DNA from: the human T2T-CHM13v2.0 reference genome, Homo sapiens | Reading direction: 5' to 3' (one strand) | Assembly: GCF_009914755.1 (NCBI RefSeq) | Contig: NC_060936.1 | DNA: 64,000 bases | Shown here: positions 33,625-62,269 of the stretch, piece after piece | How positions within the stretch are numbered: the first letter of the stretch is position 1 | Layout of the letters: each line of letters begins with the position of its first letter | The notes under the pieces: model-generated | Seen by the model: the letters and a program-made list of their open reading frames with translations, nothing else | What the model was told of the DNA's origin: nothing | Database searches by the model: none | Made by a program: the position numbers and the translations under genes

Positions 33625-36600
33625 CTCAAATTTTTATTTTTTTGTTCTGGGGTATATGTGCAGGATGTGCAGGTTTGTTACATAAGTAGACATATGCCAT
33701 AGTGATTTGCACACCTGTCAACCCATCACCTAGGTATTAAGCCCAGCATGCATTAGCTGTTTTTCCTAATACTCTCCCTGCCCCCACCCCACTGCCTGAC
33801 AGGCCCCAGTGTATGTTGCTCCCATCCCTGTGTCCATGTGATCTCACTGTTCAGCTCCCACTTATAAATGAGAACATGCGATGTTTGGTTTTCTGTTCTT
33901 GCATTAGTTTGCTGAGGATAATGCCTTCCAGCTTCATCTATGTCCCTGCAAAGGACATGATCCCTTTCCTTTTTAGGGCTGTATAGTATTCCATGGTGTA
34001 TATGTACCACACTTTATTTATCTAATCTATCGTTAATGGGCATTTGGGTTGATTCCATGTTATTATTGTGAATAGTGTTGCAATGAACATACATGTGCAT
34101 GTATCTTTGTAAAAGAATAATTTATATTCCTTTGGGTATATAATCAGTAATGGGATTGCTGGGTCAAATGGTATTTCTGGTTCTAGATCTTTGAGGAATC
34201 ACCACACCATCTTCCACAATGGTTGAACTAATTTGCATTCCCACCAACAGTGTAAAAGTGTTCCTATTACTCCACAACCTCACCAGCATCTGTTGTTTCT
34301 TGACTTTCTAATAATGGCCATTCTGACTGGCATGAGACAGTATCTCATTGTGGTTTTGATTTGCATTTGTCTAATGATAGTGATGTTGAGCTTTTTTTCA
34401 TATGTTTGTTGGCTGCATGAATGTCTTCTTTTGAGAAGCGTCTGTTCATGTCCTTTCCCCACTTTTTAATGGTTTTTTTTTCTTGTAAATTTGTTTGAGT
34501 TCCTTGTAGATTCTGGATATTAGACCTTTATCAGATGGCTAAATTGCAGATTTCTCCCACTCTGTAGGTTGCCTGTTCACTCTGATGATAATCTGTTTTG
34601 CTCTACAGAAGTTCTTTAGTTTAGTTAGATCCCATTTGTCAATTTTTGCTTTTGTTGCAATTGCTTTTGGTGATTTCATCATGAAATCTTTGCTCATGCT
34701 TATGTCCTGAATTGTATTGCCTAGATTTTCTTCTAGGGTTTTTACAGTTTTGGGTTTTACATTTAAGTCTTTAATCCATCTTAAGTTAATTTTTGTATAA
34801 GGTGTGAAGAAGGGGTCCAGTTTCAATTTTCTGCAGATGGATAGCCAGTTTTCCCAGCACCATTTGTTAAATAGGGAATCCTTTCCCCATTGCTTGTTTT
34901 GGTCAGGTTTGTCAAAGATTAAGTGGTTGTAGATGGGCGATCTTATTTCTGAGTTCTCTATTCTGTTCCATTGGTCTATGTGTCTGTTTTTGTACCAGTA
35001 CCATGCTGTTTTGGTTATTGTAGCCTTATAGTACAGTTTGAAGTCCTGTATGGTGATGCCTCCAGCTTTGTTCTTTTTGCTTAGAATTGTCTTGGCTACA
35101 CAGGCTCTTTTTCAGTTCCATAGGAAATTTAAAGTAGTTTTTTCTAATTCTGTGAAGAATATCAATGGTACTTTAGTGGGAATAGCATTGAATTGATAAA
35201 TTACTTTGGGCAGTATGGCCATTTTCACAATACTGATTCTTCCTATCCATGAGCATGGAATATTTTTCCATTTGTTTGTGTCCTCTCTGGTTTCCTTGAG
35301 CAGAGATTTGTAGTTCTCCTTGGAAAGATCCTTCATTTCCCTTGTTACCTGTATTCCTAGGTATTTCGTTATCTTTGTAGCAACTGTGAATGGGAGTTCA
35401 CTCATAATTTGGCTTTCTGCTTGCCTGTTGTTGGTGTATAGGAATGCTTGTGACTTCTGCACAATGATTTTGTATCCTGAGATTTTGCTGAAGTTGTTTA
35501 TCAGCTTAGGAAGCTTTTGGGCTGAGACAGTGGGGTTTTCTAGATATGCAATCATGTCATCTGCAAACAAAGAAATTTTGACTTCCTCCCTTCCTATCTG
35601 AATACTCTTTATTTCTTTCTCTTGCCTGATTGCCCTGGCCAGAACTTCCAAAACTATGTTGAATAGGTGTGGTGAGAGAGGGCATCCTTGTCTGTGCTGG
35701 TTTTCAAGGGGAACCCTTCCAGCTTTTGCCCATTCAGTATGATATTGGCTGTGGATCTGCCATAAACGGCTCTTATTATTTTGAGGTATGTTCCTTCGAT
35801 ACCTAGTTTGTTGAGAGTTTTTAACATGAAAGTATGTTGAATTTTATCAAAGGCTTATTCTGTGACTATTGAGATAATCATGTGTTTTTTGTCTTTAGGT
35901 CTGTTTATGTGACAAATCACGTTTATTGATTTATGTATGTTGAACCAGCCTTTCATTCTGGAAATGAAGCCTACTTGATTGTGGTGGATAAGCTTTTTGA
36001 TGTGCTGCTGGATTCAATTCGCAGTATTTTATTGAAAATTTTTGCATCAGTGTTCATCAGGAATATTGGCCTGAAGTTTTCCTTTTTGTTGTACCTCTGC
36101 CTGATTTTGTTATCAGGATGATTCTGGCCTCATAGAATGAGTTATGGAGGAATTCCTCATTTCCAATTGCTTGGAATAGTTTCAGAAGAAATGGTATCAG
36201 CTCCTCTTTGTATTTCTGGCAGAATTCAGCTGTAAATCCTTCTGGTCCTGGGCTTTTTGTTGTGTTGTTGGTAGGCTATTTGTTACTGCCTCAATTTTGG
36301 AACTTGTTATTGGTCTATCCAGAGATTCAAATTCTTCCTGGTTCAGTCTTGGGAGGGTGTATATGTACAGGAATATACCCATTTGTTCTAGATTTTCTAG
36401 TTTATTTGCATAGAGCTGTTTAAAATATTCTCTGATGGTTGTTGTATTTCTGTAGGGTGAGCAGTGATATCCCTTTTATCATTTTTTATTGTGTCTATTT
36501 GATTCTTCTCTCCTTTCTTCTTTCTTAGTCTAGCTAGCAGTCTATTTTATTAATTTTTTCCAAAAAATCATCTTCTGGATTCATTGGTTTTTTTTGTCAG

Positions 36601-39600
36601 TCTCCTTCAGCTCCTCTCTGATCTTGGTTATTTCTTGTCTTCTGCTAGCCTTGAGTTTTGCTTGCTCTTGGTTCTCTAGTACTTTTAGTTGTGATGCTAG
36701 GGTGTCAATTTGAGATCTTTCTAGTTTTTTGATGTGAGCATTTAGTGCTATAAATTTCTCTTTTAACACTGCTTTAGCTACATCCCAGAGATTCTGGTAC
36801 ATTGTCTCTTTGTTTTCATTGGTTTCAAAGAATTTCTTAATTTCTGTCTTAATTTCATGATTTACCCAGGAGTCATTCAGGAAGGTTGTTCAATTTCCAT
36901 GTAGTTGTATAATTTTGAGTGAGCTTCTTACTTTTGAGTTTAATTTGATTGCACTGTGGTCTGAGAGACTGTTATGATTTCAGTTATTTTGCATTTGCTG
37001 AGGAGTGATTTACTTCCAATTATGTGATTAATTTTAGAGTAAGTGACACAAAGAAGAAAATGTATTCTGTTGTTTTGGTGTGGGAAGATCTGTAGATATC
37101 TATCAGGTCAACGTGGTCCAGAGCTGAATTCAAGTCCTGAATATCTTTGTTAATTTTCTGACTCAAAAATCTGTCTAATATTGACAGTGTGGTGTTAAAG
37201 TCTTCCACCATTATTGTGTAGGAGTCTAGGTCTCTTTGTAGGTCACTAAGAACTTGCTTTATGAATCTGGGTGCTCCTGTATTGGGTGCATATACATTTA
37301 GGATAGTTAGCTTTTCTTGTTGAATTGACCCCTTTACCAATATGTAATGCCCTTTTTTGTCTTTTTCGATCTTTGTGGGTTTAAAGTCTATTTTGTCAGA
37401 AAGTAGGATTGCAACCCCTGCTTTTTTCTGTTTTCCATTTGCTTGGTAAATTTTCCTCCATCCTTTTATTTTGAGTCTATATGTGTCCTTGCATTTGCAA
37501 TGGGTCTCTTGAATACAGCACACCAATGGATTTTGACTCTATTTAGCTTTCTACTCTGTGTCTTTTAATTTGGGCATTTAGCCATTTTACATTTAAGGCT
37601 AATATTGTTATGTGTAAATTTGATTTTGACATCATGATGCTAGTTGGTTATTTTGCAGATTTGTTTATGTGTTTGCTTCATAGTGTCACTGATCTGTATA
37701 TTTCAGTGTGTTTTCTGTAGTGGCTGATAACAGTGTTTCTTTTCCATATTTAATGCTTCCTTCAGGAGTGCTTGCAAAGCAGGCCTGGTGGTGAAAAATT
37801 CCCTCAGCATTTGCTTGTCTGAAAAATATTTTATATCTCTTTCATTTATGAAGCTTAGTTTGGCAGGGTATTAAATTCTAGGTGGAAAATTCTTTCTTTA
37901 AGAATGTTAAAATTGGCCCCCAATCTCTTCTGGCTTGTAGGGTTTCTGCTGAGAGGTCTGCTGTTAGTCTGATGAGCTTCCCTTTATAGGTGACCTGGCC
38001 CTTCTCTCTGGCTGGCCTTAACATTTTTTCCTTCATTTCATTCTTGGAGAATCTGATGATTATGTGTCTCGGGGTTGATCTCATGGAGTATTTTACTGAG
38101 TTTCTCTGGATTTCCTGAATCTGATTGATAGCCTGTGTTGCTAGGTTAGGGAATTTCTTCTGGATGATATCCTGAAGTGTGTTTTCCAACTTGGTTCCAT
38201 TCTCCCCATCTCTTTCACATACCCCTATCATTTGTACGTTCAGTCTTTTAACATAGTTCCATAGTTCTCAGAGGTTTTGCTCATTCCTTTTCCTTCTTTT
38301 TTCTCTAATCTTGTCTGTCTGCCTTATTTCAGGAAGACAGTATTCAAGCTCTTATATCTTTCTTTCACTTGGTCTATTCAGCTATTGATACTTGTATTTG
38401 CATTATGAAGTTCTCGTGTTGTGTTTTTCAGCTCCATTGGGTGATTTATGTTCCTCTCCAAACTGGTTATTCTGGTTAACAGCTCCTGTAATGTTTATCA
38501 CGGTTCTTAGCTTCTTTGCAGTACATTAGAACATAATCCTTTAGCTCAGCAAAGTTCATTATTACCCATCTTCTGAGTCCTACTTCTGTCAATTCATCCA
38601 TCTCAGCCTCAGCCCAGTTCTGTACTCTTGCTGGAGACATGTTACTACCTTTTGGAGGAGAAGAGGCACTCTGGCTTTTTGAGTTCTCATCATTTTTGCA
38701 ATGATTCTTTTTCATCATTGTGGGTTTACCTACCTTTGATCTTTGAAGTTGCTGATTTTTGGAAGGGGTTTTTGTGGTGTCTTTTTGTTGATGTTGTTGC
38801 ATTTTGTTTGTTTTTCCTTTAGCAGTCAGGCCTCTCTTCTGTAGAGCTGCTGCAGTTTTCTCACGATCTACTCTAGCCCCTATTCACCTGGGTCCTTCCT
38901 GTCCCTGGAGATATTGCCAGTGAAGGCTGCAGACCAGTGAAGATGTCAGCCTGCTCCTTCTTGTGGGAGCTCTGTCCCAGAGGGGCACTGGCCTGATGCA
39001 GGCCAGAACGCTCCTGTACAAGGTGTTCTGGAGACTCCTGTTGAGATCTCACTCAAAGAGGAAAAGCAGGGTCAGAGACCCACTTAAATAAGCAGTGTGT
39101 CTGACCCTTGACAGGATGGGTGTATTGAACTTGGGGAAATCACCCTTGTCTGGGCTGCCCTGACTCTCCAGACCCAGCAAGCAGAAAAGACTAAGATCAT
39201 TGATCCACAATACTGCAGCTGCTCCTCTTCCTAGGGGCTCCCCTCAGAATTGCCAGTGTTCCGTCCATAAATCACTGGCTGGGGATGCTGAGGTTCCCAC
39301 AGGGAGGACCCACCCAGTGAGGAGGAGTGGATCTGAGTCCTTCCCCATCTCACTGGTGGCAGTGGCAAGGGAAAGTGGCTGACTGGAGCCACAATGGTGG
39401 CAGCTGCCACTCTCCCTGGGGAACTCAGTCTTCTAAGGCAGTTTCTAGCTGGTAGTGCTGGCTGGGGGAGGATTCCAAGCTAGTGGGTTTTGGCTTGTGG
39501 AGTTCTATGCGAGCAAGGCCACTTGGCTCCCTGGCTTCAGCCCCCTCCTTATGAAAGTGGACAGATATCTTCCTCATGGGATTTCTGAGAGCTGGAGTAT

Positions 39601-39951
39601 GCTAACACTCCTGTGTCTCAGTGCCTGTTCAAAGTGGCCACCCACCTGAGCAACTGCCATGATTCTGCATAGCTTTGTGCTTAGGATCCAAGGCTTTGGT
39701 AGCATGTGCTCAGGAGAGGACTTCCTCATCTGCGAGTTGCAAGGATCTGTAGGAAAAACTTCATTTTCAGTGAGGGAAAGCACAGTCCCTCACTGTCTCC
39801 TTTGGCTGGGGGAGGGAACTACTTTTGCATGTGCAGCTTCTGGGTGGGACCTTGCTTCACCCTGCTGTTGCTTGCTCTCCACCCAGCCAGTCCCAATAAG
39901 AGAACTTTAATACCTCAATTCAAGATGCAGAGTTCACTCACAGTTTCCATC
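33625..39951 (-). mobile_element. Full-length older primate L1 (L1PA8A/L1PA10-like); extreme 5' end displaced to 47561-47610
   Basis: 3'UTR ggtattaagcccagcatgcattagctg; ORF2 fragments (35112..35651, 37020..37526), ORF1 fragment (37878..38231), long 5'UTR. Confidence 0.88.
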
Positions 39952-40304
39952 TTATATGGTTTGGCTGTGTCCCCACCCAAATCTCAACTTGAATTGTATC
40001 TTCCAGAATTCCCACGTGTTATGGGACGGACCCAGGGGGAGGTAATTGAATCATGAGGACCAGTCATTCCTGTGCTATTCTCATGATAGTGAATAAGTTT
40101 CACGAGATCTGATAGGTTTATCGGGGGTTCTGCTTTTTCTTTTTCCCATTTTTCTCTTGCCACTGCCATGTAAGAAGTGCCTTTTGCCTCCCACCATGAT
40201 TCTGAGGCCTCTCTAGCCATGTGGAATTGTAAGTCCAATTAAACCTCTTTTTCTTCCCAGTCTCAGGTATATGTTTAACAGCAGCATGAAAACAGACTAA
40301 TATA
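39952..40304 (+). mobile_element. THE1A 5' LTR
   Basis: atatggtttggctgtgtccccacccaaatctcaacttgaattgtatc...cagactaatata; 5-bp TSD ccatc at 39947-39951. Confidence 0.92.
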
Positions 40305-40668
40305 GTAAATTTCTGCCAGGGGAGTGGGGCATTGCTTAGAAGATACCCAAAAATGTAGAAGTGAGTTTGGAACTGGGTAATAGCAGAGGTTGAAACTGGA
40401 GTGCTCAGAAGAAGAGAGAAAAATGTGGGAAAGTTTGGAAACTCCTAGAGACATTTTGAATGGCTTTTCCCAAAATGCTGATAGCAATATGGACAATAAG
40501 GTCCATGCTGAGGTCTTGGATGGAGAAGAGGAACTTGTTGGAATCTGGAGTAAAGGTAATTCTTGTTATGTTTTAGCAAAGAAACTGGAGGCATTTTGCC
40601 CCTGCCCTAGAGATTTGTGGAACTTTGAACTTGAGAGATGATTTAGGGTACCTGGTGAAAGAAATTTC
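40305..40668 (+). mobile_element. THE1A internal sequence, 5' part
   Basis: gtaaatttctgccagg...aactttgaacttgagagatgatttagggtacctggtgaaagaaatttc. Confidence 0.9.
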
Positions 40669-45918
<5,250 letters not shown>

Positions 45919-47201
45919 TATTCTAAGCAGCAGAGCATTCAAGAGGTGACCTGGGTACTGTTAAAGGCATTCAGTTTTATAAAGAAAGCAGAGCATAAAA
46001 GTTTGAAAAATTTGCAACCTGACCATGTGATAGAAAAGAAAAACCAATTTTTGGAGAAGATATTCAAGCCAGCTGCAGAAATTTGCATATGTAGCATGGA
46101 GCCTAATACTAATCCTGAAGACCTTGGGGAAAATGTCTCCAGGCCATGTCAGAGACCTTTATGGCAGACCCTCCATCACAGGCCTGGAAGCCCAAGAGGA
46201 AAAAGTAGTTTTGTGGGCCAGGCACAGGGTCTCCATGCTGTGTGCAGTCTAGGGACTTGGTGCCCTGTGTCCCAGCCACTCCAGCCATGGCTGAAAGTGG
46301 CCAATGTAGAGCTCAGGCTGTGGCTTCAGAGGATGCAAGCCCCAAGCCTTGGTGTCTTCTATGTGGTGTTGAGCCAGTGGGTGCAGAGAAGTCAAGAATT
46401 GAGGTTTGGGAATCTCTGCCTAGATTTCAGAAGATTTATGGAAATGCCTGGATGCCCAGGTAAAAGTTTGCTGCAGGGGTGGGGCCCTCATGCAGAACCT
46501 CTGCTGGGGCAGTGTGGAAGGGAAATGTGGGGTTGGAACCCCCACACAGAGTCCCTACTGGGGTACCAGCTGGTAAAGCGGTGAGAAGAGAGCCACCATC
46601 CTCCAGACCCCAGAATGGTAGATCCACTGACAGCTTGCACTGTATACCTGAAAAATCCACAGACAGTCAATGCCAGCTCATGAAAGCAGCCAGGAGGGAG
46701 GCTATACCCTGCAAAGCCAAAGAAGCAGAGCTGCCCAAGACCAAAGAAACCCACCTCTTGCATCAGCATGACCTGGATATGAGACCCAGAGTCAACAGAG
46801 ATTATTTTAGAGCTTTAAAATTTGACTGCCCCACTGGATTTTGGACTTGCGTGGGCCCTGTAACCCCTTTGTTTTGGCCAATTTCTCTCATTTGGAATTG
46901 CTGTATTTGGAATTGCTGGAAGTTCTGTTATTAGCCCTTAAATAAACTTTCTATTCCTATATTTTTCTCTCCTTCCTCTTTAAGGACAATACCTGTACCC
47001 CCATTGCATCTAGGAAGAACTAGCTTGCTTTTGATTTTGCAGGCTTATCGGCAGAAGGGACTTGCCTTGTTTTAGGTGAGACTTTGGACTGTGGACTTTT
47101 GGGTTAATGCTGAAATGAGTTAAGACTTTGGGGGACTGTTGGGAAGGCATGATTGGTTTTGAAATATGAGGACATGAGATTTGGAAGGGCCAGAGGTGGG
47201 A
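45919..47201 (+). mobile_element. THE1A internal sequence, 3' part
   Basis: ttctaagcagcagagcattcaagaggtgac...gagatttggaagggccagaggtggga. Confidence 0.9.
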
Positions 47202-47555
47202 TGATATGATTTGGCTGTGTCCCCACCCAAATCTCAACTTGAATTGTATCTCCCAGAATTCCCAAGTGTTGTGGGAGGAACCCAGGGAGAGGTAATTGTA
47301 TCATGGAGGCCAGTCTTTCCTGTGCTATTCTTGTGATGGTCAATAAGTCTCATTAGATCTGAAGGGTTTATCAGGGGTTTCTGCTGTTGCTTTTTCCTCA
47401 TTTTTCTCTTGACACTGCCATGTAAGAAGTAGGTTTTCCCTCCTGCCATGATTCTGAGGTCTCCCCCGCCATGTGAACTGTACGTCCAATTAAACCTCTT
47501 TTTCTTCCCAGTCTCGGGTATGTCTTTATCGGCAGCATAAAAACAGACTAATACA
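47202..47555 (+). mobile_element. THE1A 3' LTR
   Basis: tgatatgatttggctgtgtcccc...cagactaataca; TSD ccatc at 47556-47560. Confidence 0.93.
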
Positions 47556-47611
47556 CCATCCTTCTCAGTGGGAGCTTCAGAGCAGATCTGTCTTTATTTG
47601 GCTCCATCCCC

Positions 47612-50565
<2,954 letters not shown>

Positions 50566-53290
50566 AATGTTTTAAATAAAAGTTATAAAAGTAATATTTT
50601 CATCAATTATTAAATCTCATGTAATTAAAATTTTGTTTGCTTGACCTTGATTAGCAATTTCCTGAGCCCATCAGTTTCTTCATCAGAATTCCGGAAATTT
50701 TTATTTAGTCTATTAATTTTAAAATTATTAGAACTATGAGTTTAAGAGTACTTGTTAGAGTCTTTTTTATGAAAAGCAATTTTGGACTATAGCCAATTAT
50801 AAATAATTATAGAGAAAAATAAAAATAATAACTATGGATAACAAAGACTTAGAATAGTTATGGTTAAAATATGATGAAAGTTCACAGCTGAAAAGAAAAT
50901 TTAGTTTTCTTGTCATTTCTTTACAACATTTTAAGATAACAACCAGAATCATGATTGTGAGCTCATAACAGGTCCACCAGACTTTCATAGATTTCACTTA
51001 ATCTTTAGAATACTTAGACCAATAACATCCATAAAAATATAACTTAAAAGAAGATTTAACCTAACAACCAAAATTATGACTAACATATTAGATTTTTATA
51101 AATTTATATAATTTTTGAAATATTCATCTCAATAATTTATCCATAAGTACAACTAAAAGAAGATCTAGTATCACTTGTCATTTGACTATGCTTTTTATAT
51201 CATTTACCAAATAAGCCTAATCATTTAAAATCTGCAGGATGAGAGATGTGTTCTTTGAGTCTCTCTAGGGGCTTAGATTGAAAATTTCAAAGTTAATTTT
51301 AGTTCAAAAAGACTTCATTTAGAATTCTGGTCCTTGGAAAGCCTGCCAAAGATATCAAAAGGTTCAAAACACTTGATCAAAACAGAATAATAGGTCACTT
51401 TGAAATAGCAGTCATTTATTAAACCATAGTGAAAATAAAGACTTCAAAAGCATTAAAGAAAGTTACATGGATTTTAAAAACCTTAACCTCTCAAAGTTCT
51501 GCTTTCCTAATTTAAAAAACTGATAAAGATGACATTGGAAAATTATCTTGATAAAATGTAAATTCTTTTTTGTTTATTAGGCTGGGTACCAAAAAAGTTA
51601 AAAAAATTAAAAAAAAATTTTTAAACTAAAACAAAAACTCCTTCACTGTGATTGCTTCTCCTTATGGGAAGCCCATTTAGATATCCTTGAGGTTGAGTCT
51701 GATGAAGAAGGCACTTGATTTTAATCAGATGTGGGAATAATGATGTCCAAAGCTATGAGTGTACCACATATTATAGAGGAATGTAAACAAGAAAACTATT
51801 ATCTTGAGCAGGGGAATACATGGTTTTTCAGGACAGTATGGGAAGTATCCTGGATACATGGAATAATTTAGACACATTAAAAAAACCACTAGTACGGAAT
51901 CAAATTGGGGAAAAACTTTGAGATATTGGCTTTCTTACACAATTCAGCCAGTTCGGCTAAAATGTAAACATTAAAAATGTAACCCTACAGTTATTAAAAA
52001 TTGAAAAAAAGCATAAAAGTAGGCTGCTAAAAATCAAACTGCTATGGAATCTGCTTTACCCCCAATTTTGGCCCATTAACTTAATTAGGACAAGTGATGT
52101 TTAGCCATGTGAACAGGCCTCATTTTGTCAAAAATATAATTTGGATCCAACTGCTTTTTTTTTTTTTTTTTTGAGAAAGGATCTCACTATGTTGGCCAGA
52201 CTGGACTCAAACTACTGGGCTCAAGGGAGACGCTAATCTCAGCTTCCTCAGAAGCTGAGACTACATGCATGAGCCACTATAACCAGTTTTTTAATCCAGC
52301 TGCCTTTTGTAAACCAGTAAGTTTGTTTTACTGTCTCATGGCTAAAATTCTAAAACAAAAGCTATAATACATTTGTGTGAATGTATGTGTGTTTAGGTGT
52401 GTTTATCCATGTGTACATGTATTATGTCATATATTGTGTTTACATGGTAAAATCTGATATGGTCAGCCAGAAATCTCTTAAGAAATTTTACTCAGATTGT
52501 CTTAGGTAAATGAGCATCAGGCCATAATAGCAGAGTTAGAACTGGAGAAAAATAGTTATGGGAGCTGACAAAAAAGTTGAAGGGGAGACTTATCACCCCA
52601 GCTAATCAAAACAAACAAACAAACAAACAAACACCTTTTCAAGGGGAGAAAGAAAAAGAGCAAAAGGCAGTGATGCATTCCTGCAAATCATATGCAAGGA
52701 GGTACTTTTTGTTTGGTTGACTAGTCAATGCAGATGGGGAAGCGCTTTAGAAGTTATGTTTGTTTGTTTGTTTTGCTTTGTCTGTTGGTCCCTGTGTGGC
52801 AGACAGAGCAATTTTTGTGGCAGATACAGTTTACGTTATTTCTCTGAGCTCAAGATTTTGATCTGTTTAATCTGAGAGCTTAACTTTTTATAAACGTTTG
52901 TCTAGTTCTTTTTTTTTCAGAATATTAATTATTCAACTAATTGTTCCATCACCCTGAGCATACATTGGTCAGACAAGCCTAACTAAATATGTACATTTTC
53001 AAAAGGTGTTTAGGTTGTTGGTTATAATGAAGCTGTTGTAATTTGTAAAGCCATTCAGTTGAAAGCTTTTTAAGACTTTTTAAAAAGTCTTGGCTGGAGC
53101 GCCATAAGCCATCCATTTTATCTCAACACCAATAGAAGAGTTATCAGATTCAAAGTAGGCAGGAAAAAAAGTAGAGACAGACACAAAACTTAGAAAGCTT
53201 TACATGTTTGCTCCATAGTTGTAGGGTTTGTTTGTTTGTTTTGTTTTGTTTTTTGAGAGAGTTCAAACAGTGAACACTTGACCTCAGAAT
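50566..53290 (-). mobile_element. MER4-group ERV1 internal sequence, continuation; no 5' LTR identified
   Basis: AT-rich MER4-int-like motifs (caaaacacttgatcaaaacagaa, cttgagcaggggaatacatgg), collinear with 28387-30200. Confidence 0.6.
52155..52290 (-). mobile_element. FLAM / Alu monomer
   Basis: ttttgagaaaggatctcactatgttggccagactggactcaaactactgggctcaag; flanked by atccaactgc / atccagctgc. Confidence 0.8.
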
Positions 53291-53339
53291 TTTTCTTGCT
53301 GCTCCCTTCTCTCTGGGATCTGTAATTAATACAGTGCTT

Positions 53340-53630
53340 CTGTTATTTCATGTGTTTTGCTATGTTGGCTCCTCTGTTTCTCACCTGACCAATACACCTG
53401 AACTGAACACTCCTCCCAGGCAGGGCTCTCTTAGAGAGTGGCTATCTTGGTAGGAATAAACTGGACACAGGTCAGAGAAGAGTGCAAGAACATCTGCTAG
53501 CTTAATAAAGTTTCCTGTGAGAGGAACACCTGGTGAAGGGGCAGACACTTAGGCATTGAGTTGTCTTCCAGGATAAAAAAAAGTGTCCCATGAAAGACAC
53601 ACTGTAAACACCCACTGCAACCTCTTCTGG
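53340..53630. mobile_element. Old ERVL LTR fragment (MER54/73/74-like)
   Basis: aagtttcctgtgagaggaacacctgg...gacacttaggcatt...cactgtaaacaccca motifs. Confidence 0.45.
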
Positions 53631-53820
53631 AACAAAAACTCGAGGAAAATCACAACAGCTGGTCTTCAATGGCAGTTGAAAATCAAAGATGTCAAAGAGA
53701 TCACCTACCAGGATCTTTCTTTTCAAAAGAAACATAGAAGGAGTCGCCAGATCTATGTAAGAAAATCCAGCAGGAGGTGAGACCCCATAGCCAAAAAAAA
53801 GAAATATTCAAAACAGAAAC

Positions 53821-54316
53821 TGAGGGAAGAGAGAGACCCTCTCATATTTTTTATATTGTTTTAAACTCAGAAAAGGAAAGAGAAGTGAAACTAAAGGCAG
53901 GTAGCCTGGCGCCTGGGAACCAGACCAGAAACCAAGGAACCAGACCTGAAATCAGGCCAGGGCCTGCCTGACCTAAGCCTGGTAGTTAAAATTCGACCCC
54001 TGACCTAGCAACTGTTGTTGTCTATAGATTCCAGACATTGTACGGAAGGACACTGTGAAACCTCCCGCTCTGTTCTGTTTCACTCTAACCACCGGTGCTT
54101 GCAGCCCCTGTCACGTACCCCCTGGCTTGCTCAATCGATCAAGACCCTCTCACGTGGACCCTCTTAGAGTTGTGAGCTCTTAAAAGGGACAAAAATTGAG
54201 CACCTGATGAGCTCAGATGTTAAGACGCTAGCCTGCCGATGCTCCCAGCTGATTAAAGCCACTCCCTTCACTATCTCGGTGTCTGAGGGGTTTTGTCCAT
54301 GGCTCATCCTGCTACA
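53821..54316 (+). mobile_element. Solo ERV1 LTR (LTR15/LTR6-like), 496 bp
   Basis: TGAGGGAAGAGAGAGACCCTCTCATAT...ATTAAAGCC...CCTGCTACA; TG/CA ends; flanks aaac / agac (4-bp TSD with 1 mismatch). Confidence 0.8.
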
Positions 54317-55344
54317 AGACAATTGTCCATGTGTCAAATCATATTAACACATCAGACAAAATAAAGATTGTAAAGATTCTTCTGGATTTGTAGAGTGCAG
54401 GTCAATAATGAACTTGGTGAGAAGAGTTTCAGTGAAGTTATTTTTATTTTTTGTGAAATATGAATAAATGATGTAGTACAGATTGTGAGTGAGCTTAATG
54501 ACAGAACTGAAGGCCAGGTGAGGATAGGGAGAGTGATTTAAAGTGTTTTCTATCTGCTCAGCTATGTTGTTTTATCCAGCAGTGATCACAGCCAAAGGAG
54601 GAAAACAGAATGAGAAACAGGATCCCAGTGAAATTTAGCTATCATGTCTCTCTGGGTCACCCACTCACAACTTCCCCATCATTGTGTAACAGTTCATCAT
54701 TCTTACTAATTCCAGAAAAAAAGTATACTGCAACCCTGCCAAGAAAGAGCTACTTCCCATTCTTTCTGTTCCACTCTACTGTCTAAAAAGATTTCTAGTC
54801 CTTGTGAAATGTTCTAACAGGAATGCTATAGATGACAAGTTCTTCTGGTACTCTTAACCATTTACTGCAGTTCCCAAAAGCAGAGACAGTAAAAATTTGC
54901 CTAAAATGAAAGTCAAATGTCAGTGTTTTCAGAAAGAGGAATAGTTTGTTTCTTAAAGGAATGTCAGATTGTTTACTTTGTGTCAACTCAGAAATTAAAG
55001 ACAAGAAAGATAACATTAACATAATCTACCATCAGAAAAGCAAACAGAGAAAAACAGCAGTGCAGACCAACAAGAGTTCCTACATCGTGTGCTGATTTCA
55101 GTCCTCCATAATCATAGCACACCTGTATATAGTTCCAAAGGGGCAGTGAAAAACAAGAAAGAATGTATTGATTTACACAATGCTCTTTGCTGAAAATTAA
55201 ATGAAATCTCTATGAACATGAGTTTGAATTCTGGCCCTGCTAAGTTGAACTGATAAAGTGGAAGGAGGAAAAGTGTGGGCCTTGCTGTTCTGTCACAGTG
55301 TTTGAAAGGGCATTCAAATTATTTGCATCTCAAGAAAACATCTT

Positions 55345-61815
<6,471 letters not shown>

Positions 61816-61819
61816 AAAA

Positions 61820-62260
61820 AATTTAAGTCTATGCAAAACCTGCACATGGATGTTTATAGCAGCTCTAGTCATCACTGCCAAAATTTAGAGGCATACAAAA
61901 TGTCCTAGATGAATGTATAAATGAACTCGGGTACATTCAATCAATGGAATTGTATTACTAGGTGAATGAATAAAGGGACTTGGATATATTCAATCATTGG
62001 AATTTTATCAGCACTTAAAAGAAATGTGTTACCAAGTTATGGAAAACATAGAGAAACTTTAAGTGTATATTACTAAGTAAAAAAGTCCATATAAAAAGTA
62101 AAAAAAAAAAAAAAAGAAATGGTAAATGCTTGAGGTGATGGATATTCCATATATCTTGTTATGTTTATCATGCATTGTATGGCTGTATCAAAATATCTCA
62201 TGCACCCCATAAATATATACACATACTATGTACCCACAAAAAGTAAAAATTAAAAAAAAA
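61820..62260 (+). mobile_element. Old L1M 3'-end fragments (L1MB/MC-like followed by an L1MA tail)
   Basis: caaaacctgcacatggatgtttatagcagct; ggtaaatgcttgaggtgatggata...ctatgtacccacaaaaa. Confidence 0.6.
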
Positions 62261-62269
62261 AAGAGGCTG

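Noticed and set aside
45946-46934. 212-aa and 151-aa ORFs
   Set aside because: Chance frames in THE1A internal sequence with no recognisable domain.
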